Below, in pieces: positions 51,201 through 62,757 of a DNA stretch of 64,000 bases; positions within the stretch are counted from its first letter, which is position 1; every line of letters begins with the position of its first letter. The notes below the pieces were generated by a model. It saw only the letters and a list, made by a program, of their open reading frames with translations, made no database searches and was not told the DNA's origin. The position numbers were made by a program, and so were the translations under genes. This stretch comes from Paraphysomonas bandaiensis (taxonomy: Eukaryota > Protista > Chrysophyceae), in contig CBFFRP010000064.1 of assembly GCA_965644295.1 (NCBI GenBank), positions 124,001 to 188,000 on the forward strand. Direction: 5' to 3'.

Positions 51201-52162
51201 ACGATTCACATCATTGATAGGCTCTTGAGTGCTAGCTTCTCTAACACAGCTCGCATCAATCATCTCTTGTATCTTGGCAGTCAGTGGAAACACCGAAGCA
51301 GGAGAAAGGTTGTGATGAGATACAAAGGCAGTTGCCACATCATGAGCATTGTCATCTGCACGGAAAACCACGTCGGCAAACTGCGACTCGCTTATTCGTA
51401 CTTTAAGTGACAAAAGATAATTACTGGATGCAGAGGTTGGGGAAGAACGTTTCGACTCCTGGGGAATAAGTTCATTGGGCTTCTCCGGAGTTATATCTTC
51501 TTTAAGACCGTCCATAATCTTCTTCAATTTCGATGCGAAAGGATAATAGGAAGATGCTTCCAATTTGTGTTTTCGCACAAAGGCTGCAGCAAGGGCCTCA
51601 GGTGTATCACCAGCGCGTATAGTGAGATCTTTCTGTTCATTCTCTGATATTGAAACACCTATAGTTGCTAATATCTCCTGTTCATTAAACATTTGACTAT
51701 CAGATACAGACTGTGAGTCCATATCATGTCTAGAGAGGTCTTCCGTCTTTGTTTCATCTCCTGTTCTATAACTATCTGGTCCAGATATCTCACTATGATC
51801 CGTGTTACTTATAGATGACCCTTCATCACTATTCTCACTCATCTGTAGCTTTTTTTTACCTATCAAACACACTGTTATATCAGATGAAACAACGACATTC
51901 ATTCACCTTCTTCCCATAATGAACGTATCCTTACAAGTAATTGTTGATATGATTTACGTGGGAGTTTATATTTATGAATAGTGTCCTCAGCTAATGTTTG
52001 AGGATCACAGTAGCGGCGTATCTTGAGGGGTATACTCTTCCCTTTTGTATCAATATTTAATATTGCAATCACTTCATTCTTTCTTATTTTAGAGTTAGTT
52101 GGGACACTGTCAGTTGGAGGGGATTCATGTGCCTCTGCAATTGCTTCTAGTTCAGCTAACAT
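48215..52162 (-). CDS. Large multi-exon protein with three N-terminal PFU-like repeats and dispersed TFxPxI motifs
   Basis: Collinear ORF blocks from 52162 to 48322 are separated by short GT-AG introns. It has three roughly 50-aa repeats (..D.P..LA..F...H.L..) and motifs TFQPQL, AFHPKI, TFKPVI with RLY/LLY segments. The termini are uncertain; the last exon, to 48215, is inferred. Confidence 0.72.
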
Positions 52163-52714
52163 CGAGATATATCTTGAATATATTAGAGGGATAAGGATAT
52201 CATGGATATAAGATGTTTCACTCTGGTTGTGTGGTGTTATAATCCCTCCAAGAGTCGCTATTAATAACTGTGTGTATATACATGTAACTCTTAATCGACT
52301 CGGTCATCATAACGAATTGAACGACTATAGAAAACACCCGCTTTTCACAGCACATAGTACAATAATATGGAATATTCAATAAAAACTAAGGGTTTTTGCT
52401 GAAACTTCGTCTAGTAACAACAGAAACACTATGAATATATTCGTTAATTTCACCAAAAATTGATTTAAAAGTGACTGGTATTGACCTTGTACTTTTGGAC
52501 TGTGTACATAGGTACGAATCAGAACTCTAGTATAGAAGAGCTCTGTAGGAATGTACCTATCTACTCTGAAAAAACACTAAATTCTGGTACAAATGGACAA
52601 GCATCCATATGTAATCATACGTAATCTCCATAATGTACCTCACTATTCCCCCTTATCATAACAGTACACTCTCACTTAAAATCCACTCCTCATAACCTGC
52701 AGCAATATCACATA

Positions 52715-53623
52715 ATGGCTGCAATAGATGACCCTCAACCATCACGGATACTCAAACACATCTATCTAGGAGGAAAGCATCACGCTAAGTCCAAATTTCT
52801 CCTCCAACAGCTTAATATAACTCACATTTTAAACTGCACACCATCTCGCAGGTATATATATATATATACCCCTCTCATTGTTAATTAACAATACATTTAT
52901 AGTGTTGATCGTGCAGCTGGATGTTCAAATTATTTTGAAAAAGATAAATTGTTTATATATAAACGCATATCTGTATTTGATAATAGAGGTGAAGATATAT
53001 CTCCTCATCTGATAACTGCATATGACTTTATTGAGCATGCTAAATATCATGGTAATGTTCTTGTTCATTGTCACAGAGGTGTCAGTAGATCTGCTGCTTT
53101 TGTTATAGCCTATCTTATGCGTAAGAATGAGATGACATTGGATGAAGCAATGTCGCATGTGCAGTCATGTAGACCAGTTGTTCAACCGAATGCATCATTT
53201 ATGTCTCAATTGCGACAGTTCGAGTTGAAATTGAAAGCATCCCAAGAAGAACTTCAAGATAGTCCTGGTGATAGCGCTATAGGGGTTGCTGGACCATGCA
53301 TTGGACCGACCAATGCTACTCACCCGCAAATGTCCGGTGGCGCCGTTGAGGGACAGAAAGTTGTCCCATCTATGAATAGTGAGAGTAACAGTTTAGAGGA
53401 TGCTACATCAAAACCCGATGTTGGGGCCACTGACCAGTGTACTGTACCGGTCGGTCCCCCCCCGAGACCAGTATTGGATAGTGCTCAAAGTGAACAGGAA
53501 TTAATCAAGAATGGACATCCCTGTAAGCAGAATAGTGAAAGTTACAACCCTGATTGTACGACAGAGTCTTTTTCTCCGAATAGTAAGCGCATGAAACTGG
53601 ATCATATTGAAAGTATAGCATAA
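52715..53623 (+). CDS. Dual-specificity protein phosphatase, 2 exons
   Basis: PSRILKHIYLGG..ITHILNCT, intron 52852-52902, VLVHCHRGVSRSAAFVIAYLM (HCX5R) and RPVVQPNASFMSQL. Confidence 0.93.
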
Positions 53624-53813
53624 TTTAGCTCTATGTAAATAATATGGTGTTGTTGTTTCCTTTAAATGTACTTTCAGTGAGTAGTTCCAGAATGTTAGTA
53701 CTGTTTAATAATTACATATATACTTTAGTAATAGAGTTCATTTGAACAATTGTACAGGTAAATGGATGTAGTATTTATATAACTTTGTGTAGTGTAACAC
53801 CAATAGATTGTAC

Positions 53814-53919
53814 CAGGGATAGGGAACAATATATTGTATTGCGGTTTAAAAAATCCATCAATACTATTGATGGAACGCTATCTAACAATAGTAGTGCAAT
53901 ATATTGTTCCCTATCCCTG
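53814..53919. mobile_element. 106-bp hAT-type MITE
   Basis: Perfect 23-bp TIR CAGGGATAGGGAACAATATATTG. Flanks GATTGTAC and GTTTGTAT match at 6 of 8 positions (decayed 8-bp TSD). Internal hairpin TCCATCAATACTATTGATGGA. Confidence 0.85.
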
Positions 53920-54146
53920 GTTTGTATTATTGACAATTGACTACACAATTTCAAAGTTGTATGCATGTCAGCAAATACTCTAATCTTCCACTACTAGGAA
54001 TGAGTAGCCTTATAAGGTAGTCATATGTTTCCACCACTCCAGTACGACATCGCGTTGTACTATGAACAATGCTTAATTATAGCAAGTGTACATTCATTAC
54101 AAGACACAAAACATCCTAACTAGCATATTACGCAGCTGTACACATA

Positions 54147-55364
54147 TTATAGTTTCGCAAATAAAGATGATTTCAACAGTTTAATCAGTATCATTAAGTG
54201 CGATTTAGGAACAAGGGAGGGGTGAAGTGGATTAAAATCCACGTCTCTTAAGCGCTGCAGGTAGTCTCCAGCCACCACACCGGGTAACATTGTGTAGATA
54301 CACTCTCTGCGTTTGTCGGATGGCAAAGCATCAAACAATTCTCTAAAACAAAAAATTTAAAAAACAAGCACGTAACATCCACACCATAAAACAAAAGAGT
54401 AGTGAACATAACAACAGAATCATAATATATTGGGTCACGATATTCAATGAAAGGAATATCCATTACCTGGCGCGATCAAGGTGTCCAAAAGCCTGACTTG
54501 CCGTATCGAAGACAACCTCCTTGAACGCAGCCCTTTCGACTTCATCGAATAGAGAAGTAGGGTCCGTAGTTGGTTTTTCGCGGCATGAAATGAGGGCATC
54601 ACGGGCGGAGACAGGCCCAGAAGACGGCAAAGATTGTGCTAACAGAGATTCAACAGGTAACCGAATCGATCCCTGAACACTCAAATTGTTAAGTTGAGCT
54701 CTGTGAGAGTAGGAATACTGACCTGAGAGATGTCTACAGCTGTACCCCTTAGAGTACTTACAATTCCAAAGGCCACACCTATATGGCTGGCCATATGCTC
54801 TACAGGGGAGGAGGATGTCGCAGATGGTGATGCAATGCCTTGTGCCTCCATTGTCAGGTAAAGAAGTGAGGAATGAGATCTCTCCACACGGCTTTCTAAA
54901 TCAGACAAAGATTCAGGCTGAGGATTAATCATATCCTGCTGTCTAGCTTCTACAACAGATTCGAGCCATCGTCGCGATATATTTTTCTCTCGAACACAAA
55001 TATCCAATGCACGGACTACAGGATGCTCAACATTCGCCATATCAACTGTTCCATCATACATTTTTGATATCAAATCATTCCACCATTTATATCTCATCTT
55101 AGCAGCAGATATATTCCCACGAACTGATGATTGTATTAATGCAATCTCCACATTATACGCATGTATGACATAAAACTCTGATCTTCCACTACTGGGAGTG
55201 AGTAACCCAATCAGATAATTCTCAAAATCATGTTTTTTTACAATATCCATACAGTATTGTATAGATGCTGCAGTAGAACAGTGACGATAAGAGAGTGTTT
55301 GTATATGAGATGGAGGGAATCTTGTAGAGAGGAAACGTTTGGTAGATATGGATATATATTGCAT
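54147..55364 (-). CDS. NDUFAF6: Complex I assembly factor 6 (squalene/phytoene-synthase fold), 3 exons
   Basis: Presequence-like start. YCMDIVKKHDFENYL, AYNVEIA, MRYKWW, HPVVRAL, SSLLYL, ASHIGVAFGI..LRG, A.GHLDRAR and YLQRLRDVDFNP. Confidence 0.92.
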
Positions 55365-55908
55365 GTTTTGATTGGATTATATGTTGTGATATGAGGAATA
55401 TGATTGGAGAGATGTGCTTGATATGGAGTTGGCTTGTTGATAGAGGGATTGGTGATATATGGCTGCTGAGAGTGTGTTAAGGCACAGTCATATGTGCGGC
55501 TCGAGTCACATTGTATTCTGTGGAGCTAGAGTACAGTGTATTTTGATATATACGTATGTACAGTAATTGTCATATATTAGTAGACACTGTAGTTCGATAT
55601 ATACGGTGGTATACCTCGATAGTAAACAGATGAGAGTGTAGAGCAGGAGTGTGTGTGCATATATATACATGTAGCGGTGTACGTGTTGTCTGCAGTGTTG
55701 TGTGCTCTCTCCTCTCAGCCACACCTCTCAAAGAATACTGAAAAGAACACTTCAAAGAAGTGATTCCAACAAAGTGAAGTTTGTCTTCGAAACGAAGTGA
55801 AGTCTATCTATAAGAACACTGGCTCGATACTTGAGCATACACTGTACATATGTCTCTTTACTCTTATGTATGGTAGCTATAGGTACACTACTATTCAACC
55901 TCCCAATC

Positions 55909-58900
55909 ATGATGTTATCTTCTATACAGCGTCGTACATACATAACCAAGTCACTATTAACCACCACTAATAGGCATATATCATCCCATCGTACACCAAT
56001 ACTTCATCCAAGCTTTGATATCATTAAATCCTCTTATATCACAGAGTATGACATCAATGCAACTCTTTATAAACACAAACGGACAGGTGGTGAAGTATTA
56101 TCAATAGAATCACAAGATGATAATAAAGTATTTGGAATTACTTTTCGTACCCCTCCAAAGGATTCAACAGGCCTTCCTCACATACTTGAGCATAGGTAAC
56201 AACCCCTTCTACCTCCCTTAACCCTCACAGCTCATTTATATAATCAGTGTGCTCTGTGGAAGCAGAAAATTCACATCAAAAGAACCGTTTGTCGATCTCT
56301 TAAAAGGATCATTACAAACTTTTTTAAATGCTTTTACATATCCGGATCGTACGTGCTATCCTGTAGCCAGTATGAATAAGAAGGACTTCTATAATCTTGT
56401 CGATGTGTATATGGATGCTGTATTTTGTAAGTATTAACTGTATGTAATCCTCATACTAACGTATTATGTATTTTTGTTATGCTCTTTAATAGTCCCAAGA
56501 GCTGCATCTGACCCGCAGGTGTGTGTATATTGTCGTATCCAGCTACTCAGAGTGACTTTTTTTGTAGGTGTTGCAACAGGAGGGTTGGCACCTAGAACTG
56601 GACGATCCGTCACAGCCGTTGCAGTACAAAGGCGTAGTGTTTAACGAAATGAAAGGGGTGTATTCCTCACCAGATGCCCTTATGGGCCGGGCTATTCAAT
56701 CTGCACTTTTTCCCGACAATGCCTATAGTGTGGACTCCGGTGGGGATCCCCGAGCAATCCCACAGCTAACCTTCGAGGAGTTCAAAAAATTTCATGCCAC
56801 ATCGTATCACCCATCCAATGCGAGGACCTTCTTTTACGGGGACGATGACCCGCGCACGAGACTGGATATGGTGGATCAATACTTTAAAGAGTTTACTGCC
56901 ATGCCAGTACAAAGCACTGCTGTAACTCTGCAGCCTAAGAAGCCCCTGTGGAGAGGTATAAAGGACAGATTAAAAGTACCTCACCCAGCTGCAGCACCAG
57001 ATGAAGGCGGGGAAGACCATAGAATTATTACTGTGAATTGGCTATTAAATGATCAGCCTCTCTCATCTAAAGAGAAGCTTACTCTTGCTATTCTTAACCA
57101 CCTGATGTTGGGCACAAGCACAGCTGCCCTTCAGAAAGCTCTTACGGACTCCAGACTCGGGGAGAGTGTTGTTGGTGGCGGTGTGGATGATGACCTAGCC
57201 CAAGCCACATTTAGTGTTGGCATGAGGGGTGTGCGGGAAGATAATGTGGAGGCCGTAGAGGAGCTGGTGCTGAAAACATTAACGGATTTAGCATCCTCTG
57301 GCTTTGAAGAGAGCGCGGTTCGTGCTTCTCTGAACTCTGTGGAGTTTCATCTACGTGAATTCAACACAGGAGGGTTCCCAAAGGGTCTGAGCCTCATGCT
57401 CGGGTGCTTATCGGAGTGGATTTATGATAGAGACCCACTTAATGGGATTCGCTTTGAGGAGCCACTGGCAGAGCTGAAAAAGGATCTGGCGGAGGGCAAA
57501 CCGGTGTTTCAAGATCTGATTCGCCGACTACTTCTACAGAATGAGCACAGAGTGGCAGTAGAGATGGTACCGGACCCATCTCTTGAGCAGGCTCAGTTAG
57601 ATGAAGAAGCTAAAGCGCTAGCCGATATAAAAGCAGGGCTTTCTGAAGAGGAGATTGAGGGCGTGATGCGGGACACGAAATTGTTGCGAGAAGCTCAGGC
57701 AGCCGAAGACTCCCCAGAGGCAAAGGCCACTCTCCCACGCCTTACAGTTGAAGACATTGATCCTCACCCAAAGGAGATTCCCACTGAGAGTCGTGCACTA
57801 TCTTGCGGGTCTACTGTGCTTGAGCACCCTATTTCCTCTAGTGGTATATTATATACGGATATTGGTATTAAATTTACTGGCGTGCCTGAGAAAGACCTGA
57901 ACCTGCTACCATTGTTCACTCGCATGTTGATGGAGACTGGGACAGAATCGATGGACGACGTTGCACTCTCACGACTTATTGGTGCTGAAACCGGTGGTAT
58001 TCGGGCATCGTGGTACTCCGATTTGAAGAGTTCACCGGGACATGTCTGTAATCCTGAAGATGTGCTTTACTACTTCATGATGCGTGGGAAGTGTACCACT
58101 GAAAAAATTCCTATTATGTTCGATATTATGACCGATCTATTATTGAATGCTCAGCTCCACAACAAAAAGCGGGCACTTGATATGTTACTTGAGGCGAAGG
58201 CACGGAGGGTTAACAGTGTTGTCGCTAACGGGCATAGCTTCGCGATGACTCGCCTCTCCTCGCGGTATTCGTTTTTGGGATACATGGCCGAGCACACAAG
58301 CGGTCTGACGTATTTGCGGTCACTGGATGCTTTAATTGATGAAGTGGAAAACGACTGGCCATCAGTTCAGGCTAGGTTAGAAAATATTCGCAACACTATT
58401 TTGAGTACACCGCGAAGTCAGGATGGTGTTGTCATCAACCTGACGGGAGATAGGCCCACACTCGAAAATAGCCGACCTTCGGTAGATGCCTTCGTGAAAA
58501 GTGTGAATGATGCGGCTGTTGGGCTAGAAAATAAAGGGACAGCAAGTCAATCATGTGCCGACCTTGTACGGATATGGAAAGATACCAAAGGCGCCGACAC
58601 CACCGACAGAGAGGGTTTCACCATGACTTCACAAGTTAATTATGTGATCAAGGGAGGTCCTATGCTGCAGCCAGGTCTACTTTGTTTTCTGATATATGCT
58701 GTTAATATGCTGATACAACTCTATTTTGTAGGGGAGCCAGTAAGTGGATCGTTTTCTGTTGTATCCCGGTATTTGTCCAACGGGTACCTTTGGGATCACG
58801 TCAGGGTTATGGGAGGGGCGTACGGGGGATTCGGAAGGTTTTCTGGCCAGAGCGGTCGATTCGTGTTTGCTTCCTACCGCGACCCTAATATACTGAAAAC

Positions 58901-59267
58901 TCTTAACGTTTATGACGATGCTGCAGTGGTTCTTAGTGGTGAAGATGTATCAGCGGATGATATTTTACAGAGCATCATCGGTTGTATTGGTGATCTTGAC
59001 AGTCCTATGTCGGTTGATCAGAAAGGCTTCACTGCCATGGCTAGACACATTTCAGGTGAAACTGCGGAAGAAAGAGCTAAATGGAGGCAAGAAATTCTTG
59101 CGACGTCTGGAGATGACTTCAAACTTTTTGCAGAGAAATTAAAATTGGTAGTTGATAACGGCGGTGTGGTGGTATTTGGTTCAAAAGCTGCTCTTGAAGA
59201 AGCTAACGAGCAAATAGACCCACCTAAACGCTTACGCTTAGCACCTGCGTTTATATCTCACCGGTAA
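55909..59267 (+). CDS. Presequence protease PreP/Cym1/PITRM1 (M16C metallopeptidase), 5 exons
   Basis: FGITFRTPPKDSTGLPHILEH|SVLCGS (HXXEH), TFLNAFTYPDRTCYP, QEGWH, YKGVVFNEMKG, YLWDHVRVMGGAYGG and SYRDPN. Ser/Arg/Thr-rich N-terminus; an alternative ATG lies at 55870. Confidence 0.96.
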
Positions 59268-59664
59268 TTATTAGAATGGTAATGCAGGTGAAGTGATAGG
59301 ATTTAGTTCATGTGAAACCTATTGTGCCGTGAATCATTCTGATTTATGTGCGGATTCACATTGGATGTGTTCTGTTGTTGACCGATAAATAAGAGTCGCG
59401 AATCTGTAGTTCATAAACAACTCTTAGACATTATTCTGTAAGTTGTCGTACATTCCTCCTTATCTTTCCTGCAAAACTACAGTGTAGTTATGTATATCAA
59501 AGAGACGCATTTCATACGCTGTCAGGTACTATTTCATATTTATTATAAATTATAGCTATGCGCCCAACAAGTATTAAGAAAAACCTTCTATTCTTTCATA
59601 TCTCATACCTCATACACGGTTTGGCGTACTAACTATGGAATGTATTCAAATATACATAATATAT

Positions 59665-60150
59665 ACAATGTCCCTCAACAACTCAATACAGTCGGACTCG
59701 CACCTTCTCGTCGTGTTCTGGGGGACAAGTGCCGGAGAGGTTTCTTCTGAAAGCACAGTCAACAGATAAAGTTGTGTCCATGCCGGATGCTGGTGTGGTA
59801 CAAGGGACACTAAATTGGCTTGTGTAGACGTCTTTGGGCCTTGACGAATAAACAGGCATCAGAATTAATTAAAAATGTCCCGGCAATTATAATGGCAATA
59901 CCATTAATGGTTACCAGTCCCACCACAGTGGCATCCGGAGTATTGGGCTGCCTACTAATAAGCAAAACATCCGGGCTGTTCACATTAAGGATTCAAAAAT
60001 CCTGAAATCAGCAGATGTCAGGTAACATTCTGCATGCTCACTGCGTTTGCTTTGAGTGATAGAGAGAAAGTGGTTGCACCTAGGCGCATCTTTCGTAGGG
60101 CAAAATTGTAAAATATCAGATTTAAACACTAGTTAGTTGAATTGTTAAGC
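59665..60150 (-). mobile_element. Degenerate repeat family A copy containing a hAT end fragment (59871-59921)
   Basis: Matches 5090-5140, 22840-23045 and 31420-31600. The reverse complement of 59871-59921 reads GGGACTGGTAACCATTAATGGTATTGCCATTATAATTGCCGGGACATTTTT, which resembles the 47299 TIR plus its subterminal repeat. Confidence 0.82.
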
Positions 60151-60725
60151 TACAGCTCTGCAGTACAAAGCCACTAAGCACACACGCACCCACCGTCATC
60201 TTATATTTCTCCTCAGTGAGGTCCTGCATATCTTTTTCTGTCTGATATAAGTAGAGCAACAGCGATGACTTTTGCAGTACTTGAAATATGGCAGTGTCAG
60301 TTTTTGGCCTACAATATTTTTCCACAATATATTATCGTGAAATATGGTATGATATTCCAGTGCCGTAATCGACATCTTGTGTAGGTGATTGGTTTTGTTC
60401 ATGGTAATGAAACGATATTTTACAATATATTGCTGTATCTTGGTTTCGTCCTTCTTCGCGGTATGAAGTTCAAACGATCTTAGCTTCGTTCAATTTTATA
60501 ACTTTAAATGTATTATAACCCTTAGATAATTAATACTCTTTGTGATGATAAAAAACCTTTAACTTCGGGTGAAATAACTTAATTATAATGGTAAAATAGT
60601 ACTTATCACAAAAAAAAGCAACCGCTTCATATCAACAACGACTGCAGCTCTCAAGGTATCACATTCCAAGAATATATAGAAATTTCATCACACATTAGCA
60701 CAACTTATATATTATATAGTAGACA

Positions 60726-61453
60726 TTAAAAAATACGCATGTAATCTGTAAACGTTTTCAGTATGGCAAATACATTGCGATTCTGCGTATTATCTGGCTC
60801 AACTTCATCTGAGCTCTCTCTCCGTACAAGTGCCTCTAAAGCATCAGCTTGCTGACCATCAAAGGTGTTATAATCACAAAGCGGCTCATCTAGAGTCGTC
60901 CTCGCACTACTCGTGCTCTCCATACCCGATGACAGCCCAGATAGACTCTCTTTCGCTCTAGGAAACTGTCCCGCACTGATTCCAGCTGTCTGTTCGGCAT
61001 CTGCTCCATAAACACTACGCACCAAATTGAATGAAAATAAAATACATCCGAGCCCCACCCCAAAAGCAAACGTTAGCTCTACTATGACGATGATGAGCAC
61101 TGTGGCGTATCCGAGAGTGGTCTAGTGAATTAGTTAGTACAGTGTATATATAGTTATGCAGTGTGTATGTATGTCTGTATAGATGGGCAGTACACGTATG
61201 GGTATACTTATAGATATGCAGTGTGTATGTGTGTCTGTATAGGTGTGAGTATAGTGTACAGTGTGTGTATATACGTTAAGGGCATATGTATGTATAGAGA
61301 TGCATGTGTGTGTATATGTATGTATAGCTACGTGTATGTATGTATGTATGTGTATGTATGTGTGTGTGTGTGTGTTACCTCAGCTGATGTGATTGGAAGC
61401 ATAGACAAAGAGAGGAGAAGGAAGAATGGACGACATGGTGATGAACTAACCAT
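60726..61453 (-). CDS. Small single-pass membrane protein of unknown function, 2 coding exons
   Basis: MVSSSPCRPFFLLLSLSMLPITSAE, a GT..AG intron, then TTLGYATVLIIVIVELTFAFGVGLGCILFSF: a signal peptide followed directly by a transmembrane helix and an acidic tail. The intron (about 61122-61378) is filled with TG/TATG repeats. Confidence 0.65.
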
Positions 61454-61620
61454 CAGGAGAGATACAGTGATGAGCTCTTGGCTCTAGTATGATATAATGA
61501 TGACTGTCTCTCTATATATATGTATGTATATGTGTGTGGTATATGTGTATATATACATACACAGTCAGACATACTGCTCTATAGAGAATATACTCACCAG
61601 CAGCAGTACACCACCAATAC

Positions 61621-61735
61621 ACGGGAGTCTAACGGGAGTTATAGGACTCTACTTCTACTTACGGGAGAGTCGAACGGGTAGTTAACAGTCTCCTACTTAC
61701 GGGAGAGTCTAACGGGAAGCCTAACGGGAGTCTAT
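61621..61735. repeat. Cluster of seven ACGGG(A) motifs in a divergent spacer
   Basis: Copies at 61621, 61632, 61661, 61674, 61699, 61712 and 61724. CTACTTACGGGAGAGTCkAACGGG is duplicated at a 38-bp period. Confidence 0.85.
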
Positions 61736-62077
61736 CACTCCCACTATCCGTATCGCTCTTATTTCACCGTTTCACTGACTGTTTCTATTTTTCCATAACA
61801 GTCACACGTATGTATGTAGAGCAGCAGCATCATATAGAAACATACGCATCACTCTCTTCAAGCCTAACCTCTCGAACATATCATCAAACACTATCTCAGT
61901 AACATCTTTATAACCCTCTTACGAATCTATTGCATTACTCAACACTCTTATCTTCACTTGAACAACAAGTGCTGCATGCATTGCAATATAATCTAACTAT
62001 ACATAGATATATACACATATATATACACACATCTCAACCACCGCAAACTCATCTGTCAATAACACCTTATCATAAAC

Positions 62078-62757
62078 ATGTCAATAACCAACAGTCTCTC
62101 TGCAACAATGATCGGTCATGGCAAATCAGATGCTGATCGTCATCATGCGGTTCGTCAAAACTTTCGTAAGGAAGCACTGCGTATAAGTGAACACACATCA
62201 CAGCAGCATCACAGTAGAAGAGATAAACTTATGCAAATACAGTATCCTGAAACCATTAATCGAATGTGTTCATCTCGTCAACAAAACACTCGTTCAGAGG
62301 TGAAAGATACGAATACATCACAAAGTTCAAGGCCTCCATCAGTCCGACGAGGTATACAGCTGAATACAGCAATACACTCTTGTTCATAGCTTACTGTTAA
62401 TATAATGCAGCACAAATGGAGAGTGAATTCTTAGCACAACATTCTTCTAATTTAAAGAATGAGTACATGATGAATAGCCGAAAGAAAAGGTTCAATCGGT
62501 CGAGTGGTTCTCAGGCGGTTGTCAACGATGTATGTATCTTTGTATACCTCGAATAGTATGTACTCATGATTTTTTCCTTGCAGATATTAACTGGTAGAGC
62601 TCCAGCTGCTAAAGAGCCAATATTTCCCCAGAATCCATCTCATCAGCAGGTTCTAATGATCACAGGAAAGTTGAAAATGCCCGATGCGAATGTGCTTCCA
62701 CCAGACATACCCAAACCAAAGAAGTGGTTAGGCAACGACCGAGGATGGGAAACGTGA
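62078..62757 (+). CDS. Small basic protein of unknown function, 3 exons
   Basis: ORF blocks are joined by GT-AG introns at about 62352-62411 and 62530-62583; the protein ends KKWLGNDRGWET. Confidence 0.7.
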
